A stretch of 62,877 nt of DNA, the filler included, from Collodictyon triciliatum (taxonomy: Eukaryota): assembly GCA_043381765.1 (NCBI GenBank). It is 13 parts of 13 records of this genome, joined end to end, with 100 filler letters (N's around TTAATTAATTAA, not from the genome) between each part and the next. Parts side by side here need not be neighbours in the genome. Positions count along the whole stretch, not along the records: positions 10,938 to 16,317 come from JBHJMP010005260.1; positions 16,418 to 21,779 come from JBHJMP010005261.1; positions 21,880 to 26,370 come from JBHJMP010005262.1; 10 more parts are not named here. One strand, given 5' to 3'. The notes below the pieces were generated by a model, which made no database searches, was not told the DNA's origin, and saw nothing but the letters and a program-made list of their open reading frames with translations. A program made the position numbers and the translations under genes. Shown piece after piece: positions 10,938-25,652 of the stretch. The first letter of the stretch is position 1. Each line of letters starts with the position of its first letter.

Positions 10938-13900
10938 CATAATAATGAGCACGAGACGAAATAATAAAAATGAAAAATGAATATATTCAAATGTGTGCAT
11001 TCCATGGAGCCCTGCTTGCTAGACACTATTTTTTCGGTTCCACTTTCACCTTTCCTACTCTTTTCCTCTTTTTTCCTTTTTTCCTTGTTGTTACCATTTG
11101 TTATTACCCTTGATTTGCCTACACTTTTTTTTAGAGAAGTTGTATATCTATGTACATCGGATGACTCATAGCTATGAACATATGATGTAGCCCGTCCTCG
11201 AAAATAGACTGGATGGCATCGTTCAAATCTCTTTCTCAACGCATTCCTTCGCCACCTGCAAGTTCTCTACTACTCAGACCCTGTGAGTGAAGGCATGTGG
11301 AAAAAGCTGAGAAAGAGATTCAACCTCGCCTTGTCTCTCTCATGCAAGCACAAGACCCAGGCTATAGGCCAAACCGCAGGATATAATTCCTGATTACCGA
11401 CCACTTCTCTGTCACCCAGCCAACAAGTAGCGTCCACGCAATCGGTGGCCAGCAAACCAAATCCAAAAATCCCTATATCTTGCAATAAGAGAAAAAAAAA
11501 GAATCACTGGATTGTATGATGCTAGTTGAGAAAATGTGATAGATGTGTCGCTTAGTGCATGGTTATGTGTGATATTTGTACACACCGATATCTCATTGAT
11601 ATATTATTTGAGCATTCCGATATGTTACATCATATTTTCCACAAATGTGGTCGTGTTCTGGGTGTCATTTCCAAAAATAGCTGGGAATCTGTGATTGCAT
11701 TGGGAACGGGTAAACAAACAAAAGACGGTTCTCTGGATAAACAAGGATACGAACAAACTGCACAAATCAAACAATCACTCATAAATCACGCATTGCGACG
11801 GAGTTGGGTGCGACTAACGAAAAAAGGCAGGTCGCGCAGAAGTCAACATGTACGCCCCACTCGAGGATTCCCGCACAAAGAATAGCCCGTACGCATACGG
11901 CATCGAAGACATCGAGTCGGCCGCTGGAACTCAGCAAAGTGCCAGTCAAGCAGCTGCATCAAAGCCCGCGTATGAATCGTGGACGGCCGAGCAGGTTTGG
12001 CTTCTGTTGAGAGACCACAAGTTCGACGATGCGGTGTGCAATGACTTTCTCAGCCAAGGCGTCGATGGGCAGCGCTTTGGGAGATTGAGCTATGTCGAAC
12101 TCCAACCGCCTCTTTTCCGAGGAGACCAACCGACACGCCAGAGACTCTTTGAGCTAATTGTAAACTTTATTCAGGGCACCAGACGCGAGGCACCCACACC
12201 AGTCGGATACCAATCGAACTTTGCTGGAGACTCACAGACTCAAGGAGGGACATCCGGATGGAAGGGACACGATTCGTCCGTGTCCGGGGAAGAGGAGCTT
12301 GTGGAGCATTCTACATGGGGCGACCTTTATGTCGGGAGAGAAACTGGTGGCTACAAACCGTGAGACTCAAGCCTTTTTCATCATATTTTTCATACATTCT
12401 AGGTGAGGTGTTTTAAGTGCCTTAGCTTAACTATATTATTATTTCCCTTTTTTTCTGCCCAAAGAAGTTTTTTTTTGAGTGTTATTCTAAAAATTATTGC
12501 TAATCGTTTCATTCTTATAAAATTGTAGGAATATGCTCAACAAACGAGCTGCTGGGATGGTGTTTATTCCAACCATGATTGGCTCTGCGATTACCTTCCC
12601 CATCGCGCTCTCAGGGAATATTTCCTTTATTGTAGCTATAGGTGTAACTGGGGGGATTTTCGTTGCAATGTTAGCCACTGTTTTTTTCATGGTTTCAGAA
12701 ATGCTGGAATTTAAATTTTCTAGGACATATGTGAGTGAGGCCATGAAACAAGAGAACTTGTGTCATTTTCTCTCTTTTTTAAATAATGGAAAATATGCCG
12801 AATGATTGATCTTGTAGTTCATAATAACATATAATGCGGCTTTTAAATCACTTCTGACAACTGTGCACTACGTAGGTTTTTGTTAAAAAAGGAGACAAAT
12901 TTGGTCACTTTATACCAATCAATTACATCAGCAGCATTTCCGCCAGAACTGAAAACAGCGCTAAAGATAAAATGCACTCATTTTCACTCAATGTTAAATT
13001 TAAGGAAGGTTTTATTGTGATGGACTCCAGCTCAGTTAAGCTGCCAGTAGCATTCGTATCTGCCCAGAGGGTAAAAGTCATGGGACAGAAGCTTGCTCGA
13101 TTACTTAACGTTCCATACGAAGAGCATTATGAATATTGATGATGATTTTGGCCATATTTTGAGAGACTTAAGCTACAACCTACTGACTTCTAAGAGCTAC
13201 CAACGGCCCGGCTCAATGACATAGCCATTTTCTGAATCAAATATAATAAAGCTTAACCAGCCCATAATAATGAGCACGAGACGAAATAATAAAAATGAAA
13301 AATGAATATATTCAAATGTGTGCATTCCATGGAGCCCTGCTTGCTAGACACTATTTTTTCGGTTCCACTTTCACCTTTCCTACTCTTTTACTCTTTTACT
13401 CTTTTGACCTTTTTCCTTATTGTTACCATTTGTTATTACCCTTGATTTGCCTACACTTTTTTTTAAGAGAAGTTGTATATCTATGTGCCTTGGATGGCTC
13501 ATAGCTATGAATATATGATGTAGCCCGTCCTCGAAAATAGGCTGGATGACATCGTTCAAATCTCTTTCTCAAAGCCTTCCTTCGCCACCTGCATGTTCTC
13601 TACTTCTCAGACCCTGTGAGTGAAGGCATGTGGAAAAAGCTGAGAAAGAGATTCAACCTCGCCTTGTCTCTCTCATGCAAGCACAAGACCCAGGCAACAG
13701 GCCAAACCGCAGGATATAATTCCTGATTACCGACCACTTCTCTGTCACCCAGCCAACAAGTAGCGTCCACGCAATCGGTGGCCAGCGAACCAAATCCAAA
13801 AATCCCTATATCTTGCAATGAGAGAGAAAAATCACTGGGTTGTATGATGCTAATTGAGAAAATATGTTAGATGTGTCGCTTAGTGCATGGTTATGTGTGA

Positions 13901-14667
13901 TATTTGTACACATCGATATCTCATTGATATATTATTTGAGCGTTCCTATATGTTACATCATATTTTCCACAAATGTGGTCCTGTTCTGGGTGTCATTTCC
14001 AAAAATAGCTGGGAATCTGTGATTGCATTGGGAACGGGTAAACAAACAAAAGACAGTTCTCTGGATAAACAAGGATACGAACAAACTGCACAAATCAAAC
14101 AATCACTCATAAATCGCGCATTGCCATGGAGTTGGGCGCGACTAACGAAAAAAGGCAGATCACGCAGAAGTCAACATGTACACCCCACTCGAGGATTCCC
14201 GCACAAAGAATAGCCCGTACGCATACGGCATCGAAGACATCGAGTCGGCCGCTGGAACTCAGCAGAGTGCCAGTCAAGTAGCTGCATCAAAGCCCGCGTA
14301 CGAATCGTGGACGGCCGAGCAGGTTTGGCTTCTGTTGAGAGACCACAGGTTCGACGATGCAGTGTGCAATGACTTCCTCAGCCAAGGCGTCAATGGGCAG
14401 CGCTTTGGGAGATTGAGCTATGTCGAACTCCAACCGCCTCTTTTCCGAGGAGACCAACCGACACGCCAGAGACTCACTCTTTGAATTGATTGTCAACTAT
14501 GTTTAGGGCAACAGACGCGGGGCACCCACACCAATCAGATACCAATCAAACTTTGCTGGAGACTCACAGACTCAAGGAGGGACATCCGGGTGGAAGGGAC
14601 ACGAGTCGTCCGTGTCCGGGGAAGAGGAGCTTGTGGAGCATTCTGCATTGGGCGACCTTTATGTCGG
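10938..14667. repeat. Near-identical ~1.4-kb direct repeat (10938-12335 vs 13263-14667)
   Basis: Both copies start cataataatgagcacgagacg and stay colinear with scattered substitutions until ctttatgtcgg. Confidence 0.95.
11848..13139 (+). CDS. SAM domain + two-TM membrane protein, paralog A
   Basis: Exons 11848-12359, ~12528-12730, ~12875-13139. SAM motif WTAEQVWLLL...FLSQGVDGQRFGRLSYVEL...RQRLFELI, two hydrophobic helices, C-terminus ...VMGQKLARLLNVPYEE. Confidence 0.7.
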
Positions 14668-15474
14668 AAGGACCTCGGGCCGCTTTGTATTGTACGTTTC
14701 GAACTTAAAAAGGATGTCGAGCCTTGTATTGTGATATAGCAAATGAAATTAATGTCGGTCATCTATCATTATTTTTTTTAACCAACACAGGAAACTCTTC
14801 AACAGGGTTACTGCCTGTTTCGTTTTGCTCCCTCCCATATTAGTGGTTGTATTCTATACTCCAGTAGTAATTTTGAACGGCTCGTCAATTTACGTCCCAT
14901 TCATAATTGCTTCCGGTTATTTAATCTTCATGCTCTTTATTTCTTTCATAGTTGTTTCAGATTTAAGCGAGTTCAGATTTACACTAACTCATGTGAGTGC
15001 ACGAAGCATACAAAAATCATATTACTCTATCTCAAATTGCTATTTAGTACAATATCCAAATATTATGATTTTTCAGCCACTCTTGCTGGAAACATAGTTT
15101 GAAATATTCGGACTCTATTTTCAAAAAAAATCAAAAAAATCAAAAAAAAATCAAAAAAGTCAAAAGAATCAAAAAAATCCTGACCGGTACTCACTTTCGC
15201 ACACAAATAGGTTTACTTTAGAAAGGGATACGATGTTGAGCGTTCTGTGCCGAATACTGATGTGAAAAGCGTATGCATTACAGTTGATGATATTTCGAAA
15301 AAACCGAACTGCACGTACGGAATATACATCAAAGTCAAAGCGGATATTTCGGTTGTGAAATATGGTAAACTGATAATCAACGCGCAGTTCAAATCCATCG
15401 ACAGAGCTAGGGTTATGGGACAAAAGCTTGCACAACTACTCAGGACCAACTATGAAGAAGGCTTTATTATCTGA
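14176..15474 (+). pseudogene. SAM + two-TM paralog B, disrupted
   Basis: Same three-exon layout, ending VMGQKLAQLLRTNYEE. Relative to paralog A it has a 4-nt ACTC duplication (14472-14479) causing a frameshift and a CAG>TAG at 14504-14506. Confidence 0.7.
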
Positions 15475-16417
15475 TTCACCTCTTGGACTGCAGCGCACAC
15501 ATCACTCATTTTACATCAAAGTGTCACGTCATAACAGGGAGCTATTCGGATTGGTGAATCGATGTCTCCATAGGCCAGAAAAGAATAAACTGGAAGCAAA
15601 ACAAATCATGACAGAGCTACAAAAATCACAGTTCTGAATAACATCATTTTAACAAATAAATGGAAGACATTAGTTTCGCCAGTCAGGAAATAAAAAATAC
15701 ACATTTTTCATGTTTTTTTTTTATTGTTTCTCTTATGTGTGTAATCAGTCTTATTCAATCGTTACTGAAGGATAACTTCACTCAAGCTCTTTTTTTTTTA
15801 TCTTGGACGCAATCACCCTTGAGCCTATGGACAGCGCGATGCACTCTTGCAAATGGTTGATTTATGTGTTGTCGAGCGAGTTCAAAAATAGTTGAAACTG
15901 ATGAAGTGGTTAAAACTACTTCATTCAAGATAAAAATGTACCGCTCTCCTGCTCTGTAGTCCTGGCTGCTCCCGAAGAAAGAACCTCCTCAAGAGCTCGA
16001 CTACCAGGTTTTCAACCAAGAACAATATATCGGAAAGTATCGTGTCCTTAGCCAGCAATTGTCAGGGATTCGTCTTGCCATCTCGATTGCAGGGAATAGA
16101 TTTCAATTAAGGGTGTTGTGCCCACCCAAGAAACTAATTAGGCCAAGTTGGCCAAAGCTATCTTTGTAAATCCTCATTTTACCTGATACACGCGGACGAG
16201 CCCAACCAACGAGGAGCGCAAGATGGTCGGAGGGTACCCCTCCAGAGCAAGTATTCGTCCGAAAGGATATAAGAGCCCAGCCCCAACCCCGCTTACAACT
16301 AAAGACACGCCTCCTAANNNNNNNNNNNNNNNNNNNNNNNNNNNNNNNNNNNNNNNNNNNNTTAATTAATTAANNNNNNNNNNNNNNNNNNNNNNNNNNN
16401 NNNNNNNNNNNNNNNNN

Positions 16418-16540
16418 CAAATAAAAAACCAAATAAAAAACCAAATAAAAAACCAAATAAAAAACCAAATAAAAAACCAAATAAAAAACCAAATAAAAAA
16501 CCAAATAAAAAACCAAATAAAAAACCAAATAAAAAACCAA
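16418..16540. repeat. 12-mer tandem repeat (CAAATAAAAAAC)n
   Basis: Direct reading at contig start. Confidence 0.9.
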
Positions 16541-17140
16541 TTTAATACCATTATATTTAATTCGAATAAATAAGTAAAAACGGATATGATTTGAATTGAA
16601 AAATCATCGCAACATATGCACATTCCGTTTTCCCATATAGCCTTGCTTCAGATATACGCCTTGATGAAAGTGATTCTGCCTCTCGAGTTGTATTCTTCTT
16701 ATGTTAGTTGAGCTTTTTTATTTTATTTCAGTTAAGCATATGCACATGAAGTAGAAATAGCCTGGTTTGAATCTTACCCTTTTATTTTGGAATAAAAATG
16801 TCTTTAATGCACAAAAAATTCCAATATGATTTTAAACAATTCGACTTATCAGTATTTGATTAAAGTTCACACACATTGAACGATTTTCCACAAATTAAAA
16901 TTACAATACGATATTTACGTATCAATCATTTTTATTATATTTACAATATAAAACAAAAAGCGTACCCTCTTCCTGAAGTTCTTCGGAAGATAGAGAATTG
17001 TATCCGAGGAACAAGCGCACAACAGTATCTTATATGCTCTTCCCTATCCGAAAGTGCAATATCAGCTTCAACCAACCGCTCATTCAAATATGAGTAAGAA
17101 ACTACTTATGAATGAAGCCTTTATTTTCCTTTAACTGGGA

Positions 17141-19888
17141 TTGATGTCCATCAAGGACAGATTAAATCTAAGCTCAACAATGTGCCCACCCCCCTTAAAC
17201 TTGTGCGGTAGGGATGTAGAGGATACCTTGTCATGTTTTGTACACAAGTTAAAGAACCCATCTCTTGGCGCATCACGCATGGAAGAAGGCAATAGTCAGT
17301 CGGCAACAGAAAGTACAAGACACTCGAAAACACACGATAGTATGCATTCTCCAAGAAGAGACTATTTGTCGACAAACAAGGACAGTCTGAAGAGTCCTCG
17401 GTCATCTGAGACAAATGCACAAAACATGGAGCATACATCCAATCCAACGTATTAATAATTTTTTTATATATATATCTTGGTTGGTTAAATTTCTACTATC
17501 AAGATCGCCCGATTGATTTTAAGGTTTTTTTTTTTTAAAAAGTATTCAGTAAATTTCTTTATTAGAGACAGGAAGGTTGTAAAGGTGTCTTATTTTCCTG
17601 TTGCTGCTGCGCCGATAGCATCCCATTTTTTCATCGTACCTTGTGGGTTTGATTGCTTTCCTGTTTTATTCGGATCAAACCCACCAGAGTCAGATGAATC
17701 GGTCTCCTTTACAGCAAAGAAAGAGAGCCTTACTCCTAAAGTAGTCCAAAGCCTTCCTGTGAGTTAAAATAATACAGCTTTTCAAATCAATTTTTAATTT
17801 AGATATTTAGTAATCATAATTCATTCAATCAAGGATTCGCTAAAGAACATGGCTGGTAATGTCATGTCATTCTTTCAGCAAATGGAGTGGAAGCCCGAAG
17901 TGAGAATTTATTACCCTTATATAAGATGGTGAAGTTAATGTTCTAGAAGTTGATGAAAATGTCTAGGACTGAATAGTTATCAATACCCGTGTGTGTGAAA
18001 TTTTCCCAAACTGATATAATGATTTATACATTTTACTTTCTCAGTTGTTTGCAATTGGTTCAACGTCTTATCTCGTTGCACAATTCATGGAATCCATAGA
18101 AAAACCGACAAATACGATTGGGAGCGCCAGTTTGATATTGATAGATAGGGTTCAAAGTTAATAGATATCAACATAAGTGCATCAACGTGGGTGCAGTCAA
18201 ATATATATAAAAGGGACACAGACACAATCCAATCAATCTAAACATTAATAATAATATATATTTTAAAAAAAAATCCAATGTAAATAGAGTATAGATATGG
18301 TATCGCCTTGCCACAGTACAGATAGCCTTGGTGATAGGATATTTTCGTTGCTCAACAATAAAGTTCAAGACCCCTTTTCTGATGGAGATTATCATCGCTT
18401 ATTAACCGATGTGGCATTCACTCCGATCAGTGCGATATCGGAGTCTGTTTCAGGGCAAGACCAAGCTTATACCATCGAAACAAAACCTTCGGACTATTTA
18501 CAATACTCAATTCATTCCTCTCTTGCGCACCCACATTGCCCGAAATCTTCGAATTTGGTCGAGAAAATAATTACCAGCTCCACAAAGGTTTGCAATACTC
18601 ATTCATAGTCTTTCAATAACAATTTTTTTTTCAAATAAATCAGTCCTTCCCTCTATCAGATTTTTGGAATGTTTTCCATATGTATTATCAATATGTTGAT
18701 ACAATTTTCCGATATTTCTTCAACCCTCAGAAAGCAACAGCCGATGTGAAAATCACACTTTGCCAAGCCATGATTGAGTTTCAAATGCTTCAAGAAAAGG
18801 TTTCCATGATTCTATCTGATATTCACAATGACATTCAACTCTTTCCTGATAATTTATGGTTCATTAATATATTAACTACCAATTAATAATATGTTCTGAA
18901 CTTGCTCACATGGCTTCTGACAAAAACTTAAGGATGTATGATCATATTTTTAGATCTCGCTTTTATTCTTTCCCTTTATATCTTATTTTCTGAAATCATG
19001 GATTTAACTTTCGACTCTGTCCACACCAGTTTTATCATTTTTCTTTTGATAATCCTTTAACAATGTTAATTTCAAAACAATCAATTAAATTATAAAAAAC
19101 TGTAAGCTCTCAAGGGCTGCAAGTCTTCCAACTACTCAGTTAAGAAACATTCTTGCAAAAGCGCTGAAATCTCATGATTTCATTACAAGAAATGAGTCAC
19201 TCATGCAAGTGATTCTTGCAGCTTTATCTGTAATTGACGGAAGGTACTCATTTCAATTCAGGACATGGTCAAATAACTCACCTGTATGTTGTATTCGATA
19301 AAGTTGTTCTTATTTTTTTTATCTCCTCTATATTACGGGTACATGATTGGGAAACATGTTTTTTTCAGATGTCATGGACTAGACAAACATTTTACCTATT
19401 GTATGATTATCACATACCCTTATTTAGTCAGCGAGTCTTGGAGTTAGTTAGCCAGGAGAAAATGAACCGTCGAAATCTTGATGTTGCAATAGAAAAGGCA
19501 CTGATTCCTCTTTCCTTATTCTGTGAAATTCATCTCATAAGAAATGCCAATTTAAGTGTACATTTTCGATGTACAGACGGTTTTCGCTAGCATCAGTGAC
19601 CAAACAACACCTCTTCTACAAGAAGTCATTCGCTCATACATGATTCCAAATCAGGATGAGTCTGAACCAGGTGGAAGCCATTGAAGACAGCATCACAACT
19701 TCTAGCTTTTTTTTTTAAAATTTTTTTTGAAAGCAATGCTAACAGTTTAAAATTGAAATCCGAAAACTTTTTTTTTTCTAACACGAATTCATCATGTCAA
19801 AGACCCTGATTTGCAAATTCCTCGAATCATCGACTTGGCAACCACGATATACTCTTTACTTGGAAGTTCTTTACAGGATGAAGACGAG

Positions 19889-19969
<81 letters not shown>

Positions 19970-21229
19970 TACCCAAACTCACCTTTTTATTATTTTATTT
20001 TTGAGTTTGTATTTAATCATGCCATTCCTTGTCATGTTTAACTGAGACTTGAAAATGATTATTGCATTCGATTCTTGGTTTTTCATACAACGATATATAT
20101 TTTTTTTTACATAGATGGACTTTGGCATTAAACTCCTTCACTACTCAGCCACGCACTCCACAAAGGTTTCTACTTTTTACCCTTTCCAATAATCAAACCA
20201 ATAATTTGTCTTTATCCAGTGAATTTTTCACATATCATGTGTAAAGTTATTGTAAACAAAATAAGTTGTTCACTTATATCATCATTTTTTCCCTACTTAA
20301 ACTTTTAAAAACGATGAGTATATATTGAAGATAAAATAACATGGTTTGTGGTGATCAAAAACCTCAAGTTTTTATTTAAATTTTTTTCATACTATATATT
20401 CATACTAAACACTTAGTTTTTTGGGCCTTCTGTTGAGAGGTCGAATCGCACGGATTATCGAAAACGCGAAGACCAAATTCGACAAGTCATCAAAATTTTA
20501 CGAGCATTTAAGCACGCACGAGACAATCTGACAACACTTCAGTAGGCTTGCATATTTTCTTAAAATGTTTACTTTTTTTTTTCAGACACTTTTGATATCT
20601 CGTGATGATTCCTATTACTTACATTTCTATGAGATATAAATGCATAAAATATCTCTATAAACTACGAATAAATTATGATTGCTGGTCAATTTAATAAATC
20701 ATTAAAGTTTGTTAAATTCTCGTGGCATAGAAATCTCACAGACGAAGAATATCCATATAACTCCTTCGTATCACAATTTGCTCGCAGGTCGATTACACAT
20801 TTTACTTATATGTTTGACATATGATATAAAAATACTCGATATATACTTATCATCACATCCATGTATTTTATTCCTGATTCGGTTTTCTAATATGAGTATG
20901 CATTCATCGTTATTTTTCTTTCTAATGGTTGCTGTTCCAATTTTCGAATTAAAGGGTACTCTCTGGTGATGGCGAATTAAACGATTTGGAACATGCCAGT
21001 TCAGCACTCAGAGGTGTCATTCGAACAGGGCTAAGGTTTTTTTTTTATTAAACAAATCGAAAAATTAATTAATTAATTACTAAATAACTAAATAAAAAGA
21101 ATACGATACAGCACTCGCTTTTTTAGATTGGTTTTTATATGTTTCCTTAATTTTGCAATATATAGTTTTTTGAAGCTGATGTCCAGCAAACCCCGGCCAA
21201 ATGTGTCAAATCCGATAGGTATTCCTTAA
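17141..21229 (+). CDS. Multi-exon hypothetical helical protein (ends uncertain)
   Basis: Chain of phase-compatible exons, e.g. SFPLSDFWNVFHMYYQ..., LSRAASLPTTQLRNILAK..., DPDLQIPRIIDLATTIYSLLG, FFGPSVERSNRTDYRKREDQIRQVIKIL. No family recognised. Confidence 0.5.
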
Positions 21230-22067
21230 TTTTCTCTGGATGTATTTAATACACCGAAGCAATAGATGCGATATCATAATATATTTGCAAATATACAAGC
21301 ATTGTTAATAGTTCAACTGCATTACTCTACGCTCCAAGTTACCTCCCCTATTTTTATTTTTAATATATGATTATGAATTTTATTAATTTTTCAGGCAACG
21401 TAAAAAGCAATTTTATTTTGAATATTAATGCAACATTCATTTTCTCTACACAATATTACTAGATATATATTTCTCTCTACTTTCTCTCTCATTAAATCGG
21501 ATAGCATATTCCTGTTGATTTAGAATAGTCGAATGTAGATTTTTTTTTAAGCCCCACAAATTTCTACACAAGAGATATTTTGTTTTCGAGAACTAGAAAA
21601 ACGGTTCTAATGGAGCACAATAATACAGTTTTCTTTGTCATCGGCGGAGTCACATGTGCCGAAGTTCGGGAAATCACAGAGTTGTCCGCACAGTTCAATA
21701 GAAACAAAGTCAGAGTCCCAATTCAATCCAAATGTCCATGCAAATGAAAAAACAAAAAAAAAAAAACAAAAAAACAAACNNNNNNNNNNNNNNNNNNNNN
21801 NNNNNNNNNNNNNNNNNNNNNNNTTAATTAATTAANNNNNNNNNNNNNNNNNNNNNNNNNNNNNNNNNNNNNNNNNNNNCTCTTTCTCTCTTTCTCTCTT
21901 TCTCTCTTTCTCTCTTTCTCTCTTTCTCTCTTTCTCTCTTTCTCTCTTTCTCTCTTTCTCTCTTTCTCTCTTTTTCTTCTCTTTTATCTCTTCTCTTTTC
22001 TCTTCTCGTCACATTACAATCTTTCGCTATGAAACATTTTTTCTTTTACCAAAGTATTTTTTTACAG

Positions 22068-24051
22068 GCCCAGAAGGAACATATGGAGACGGAATCAAAT
22101 GCAAAGGATGCCCATGTATTCTCAATTTCAGCTTTATTAATAATATATGACAATATGAATATTACATTCTCGCGTAATTCTAGCAGCACAAATTGTATGA
22201 TTTATGGCCTACATTCACTTGCAATCTGAATATTTCTGCAAAATAACCTTAGCAAATGGCATATGTCCGGGTGGACAGAGAGTATGGCCCCAGAGTGGGT
22301 ATTGGTCTCCAAATGAAGGTAAAATACTCACGGTATAGAGTAGTCTACTCCCCACAAGTTAATTTATTATCTCCACTACCTACCATCCAATACATAAATA
22401 TTGTGATTAACAGAACAGGGAATTCTAGACATCCATAATCCCAGATAGACTCCCAAAATACTGCATAACCGTGATTTTTTCTGACTCATTTAGAAACAGA
22501 ACCTGTTGGGTGTTTTCCATCAGAATCTTGTCTCGGAAGCCGCGGTGCAAAATGCTTGGACGGTTTGTTCCTTTTTACGTGATATTTTGTTATCATCATT
22601 ATTATGTTAATTATTACTTGAAAATATGAACAAAGGTGTGAAAACAGAAAGCAAAGAAACATTTTTTTCCTTTATTCGATTCAAAGTAGAAAGCAAAGAA
22701 ACATAAATACTATCATATCTTTTAAAGTTTATTTCTTTTATCATTTAAGTATTCCTTACATAGGATATGATGCAAATTTCTGTTCTATGTGCAAAGATAA
22801 ATTTTACAAACAAGGTGTTGTTTGCCGCCCGTGCGAAGACTCTGATTTTGATTTAAATGCCATATTTGGCGTGTCAGCCATCTTTGCTGGCGTGCTATCC
22901 CTCAGTGTCATATGTAAGTGAAATACGAAAGGCTCCAGAGTTTTCTAGTTGTGTTAAAATCAATTATTTTACTCAAATTCATAAATGACTCAATACGACA
23001 GCACCAAAGTTTCTATTGTATCTAAAATGTAGTGATGCCATCAAATTACTTGTTCACGTTTACAATCGTGATACTGGGATTGCAACAAATCATTCAGATT
23101 GGACTCGCTGGAAGTGAATTTATTCCATTATCCCGAAAAGTATACACATCATTATTGTGGTTCTTGTTAGACTTCAATTTTGTTCGACCAGGTTTGAGCA
23201 CTATACCAGATACATCATTTTATATTTAAATCTAGGGTATCCTTTCTGCGGTTTTCACTAAAAAAATTTTTTTGTTTGTGCATAGTACATGCACCTTTTG
23301 AAATTCATCCTTTTTTTTAAAAAAAAATATATTTTTTTTTACTAGGATGTAACGCCCCAGTGTATGCTTATCCCAGCTATTACTTTCTGACACTGATAGT
23401 CATCGGATTTTCTGCTGCTGTTTTAATACTATGTGCATTATTGCGAACCATGCTCATATTTTGCTTCTCTAAAATTCGGAATCGTTCTTTTGGTTATTAC
23501 TTTTCGAAATTTAAACAGCGCTCAGCTGAGGTTACTTAAAATACTTCATTTTAACTTGATAATGTCTCATATATTGAGAAGAGAACATTACTTTTTTTTC
23601 TTTCATATTGTTGAGATTACCCATCCTTGCAAATATAATATTTGGTTTCATATGAAAAATGTTTCAAGTTTTGTTTTTTTTAAAAAAATTTTTTTTTTTA
23701 TTAATAATGGTAATGTTACCATAGGGGTTAACTATGTTAGCTTACTTAGTTTACATATTGGTTGCCACGAGAACAGTCAGGTTGTTTGACTGCATGAGAG
23801 TTTATGATAATGAAGTAATGCGATATGAGATGGCTCGGGAATGTTATTCGGGTAAAATAATCCTAAAGCTCTGGAATAGCCAGCAGCAAATTTAATCACA
23901 CATTCGAACTTCTCAGCTAATAATTTCAACCAGGTATTCATTTGCAAGCTGTCATCCCAGGCTGGATTATTTTCATCACTTACGTTATAGGGTATCCAGC
24001 ATACTCCTTATACATACTCAAGTATAGAAGGTATCCTTCAGTAACCCCTAT

Positions 24052-24114
<63 letters not shown>

Positions 24115-25036
24115 TTGTTATTACTATAGTTGTCATGAAATTAATTATACAATTTATTCATATATATGAATAATATGCATATGAACACAAAGTATGATGT
24201 TGATTTACATAATTATTGGAGTATAAAAGCCTGTGTATATACAATCAACATAGGTTTAACGAAGTGACCAATAAGCTCTCAAAGACTGTTGTCAAGGCGG
24301 CTGACTTTTTGATGGATGATATTAAACCTGTCTTCTATTGGTTTCGTGCATTGGACATGGCTATTTCATGCGTCATTTGCGTAGTTTCTATCGTGGTTCA
24401 CAATATTCCTATACGATTGATGGGAAATGGCATTCTAGTTCTCATCAAATACGCGGCTATCATTCTCTTCTGGTTCCTTTCCCTTCCAATATACGATTAT
24501 GTAAAGTTATACAAGAACATTATGTTAATCATACTTTTTAATATAAAAAAGGCCAATGAAGACCAACATTGGTAACTTGTTTTCTTTGGGGATATCTTTT
24601 GTCAAATGTGTACAGGTAAGTAAAATACATTAGTGTAACAAGGAAAAAATAATAATCCAGATGTATATTTCTCCCTTAGTCATACCATCAAAAATAAATT
24701 AGTCTATTCTGCTACTTTCCGTTTACAACTCATCCACGGATGTTTTGTTCTTTGGCACTTGCATCGGGCTACTTTCGGTCCTCGTACGTCTTCTATATGA
24801 TACTAGAATAGCCGAGATACACTCTTAAGTCTATTTGAGATTACGTCGACATCATCCTTATAAGAGCAGTCGGTCATTAGCGTGGAACTCATTCGTAACT
24901 ACTTCCTCACTCTTAGGTCATCGCAAGTTATTTCATGTGGAAGAGAAGAGAGGCTATGACTGTCCATCGTCAAGAAAGTAATATGGCCATGGAAATGGTT
25001 GACTTGAAGAAGTCGCATGGCCCAGATGATCTCTAA
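22068..25036 (+). CDS. Cysteine-rich ectodomain multi-pass membrane protein (DUF7630-type), 5' truncated
   Basis: Spliced CKGCP..GICPGGQRVWPQSGYW...CFPSESCLG...CLDGYDANFCSMC...CRPC, followed by several TM helices with LFDC...ECYSG and YVIGYP motifs typical of this protist surface-protein family. Stop at 25034-25036. Confidence 0.7.
22646..22703 (-). mobile_element. Ultra-short retroposon-like insertion with 16-bp TSD (intronic)
   Basis: AGAAAGCAAAGAAACA at 22646-22661 and 22688-22703 flanks a 26-nt insert, minus strand ACTTTGAATCGAATAAAGG(A)7. Confidence 0.85.
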
Positions 25037-25569
25037 ATGGAGAATCAGTGATTTAATCCCTTTATGAAAAGAAAATGATGTATGATTCCCAAATTCATTC
25101 ATCTGAATAAAAATGCGTCTCAATCGAATGGGCTGCAAACCCAGGGAATTAAAAAAGAAAAGGGGTGTAATCATTTTTTATTCAGAGCCTCTTTAGAATA
25201 TTTTTAGATATTCAAACACACGAATATTTATCAAAAAAAAAAAAGCAAGATATTACTTATTTATTCGATTTGGAATTCAAAATATCCACGACAATATGCA
25301 AACGAATAGCAAATATCACAATGTGGATGTAAAATTCATGGCCGATTAGCGAGGACGATGCCGCTGGAAAGAAATCGGTGATAATGAGAGTGCGAGGCTT
25401 TCAGACATTCATCCTAGCAGATTGATTGATTGATTGCTAAACAGACTTTATCGGACTCAAAGTATACTATGATATATCCTCAATGGTCTTTTCACGTCGA
25501 TGAAATAAACAGATGTCATAATCAGGTCTTTGTTAAAATGTAGCAACACAGCAGAGTAATATCATATCC

Positions 25570-25652
<83 letters not shown>

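Noticed and set aside
15900-16317. GC-richer contig end that might be a retroelement terminus
   Set aside because: No recognisable domain, terminal repeat or second copy in the window.
19483-19576. Possible GC-AG intron at 19498
   Set aside because: The GC context is weak and a same-phase GT donor exists at 19483.
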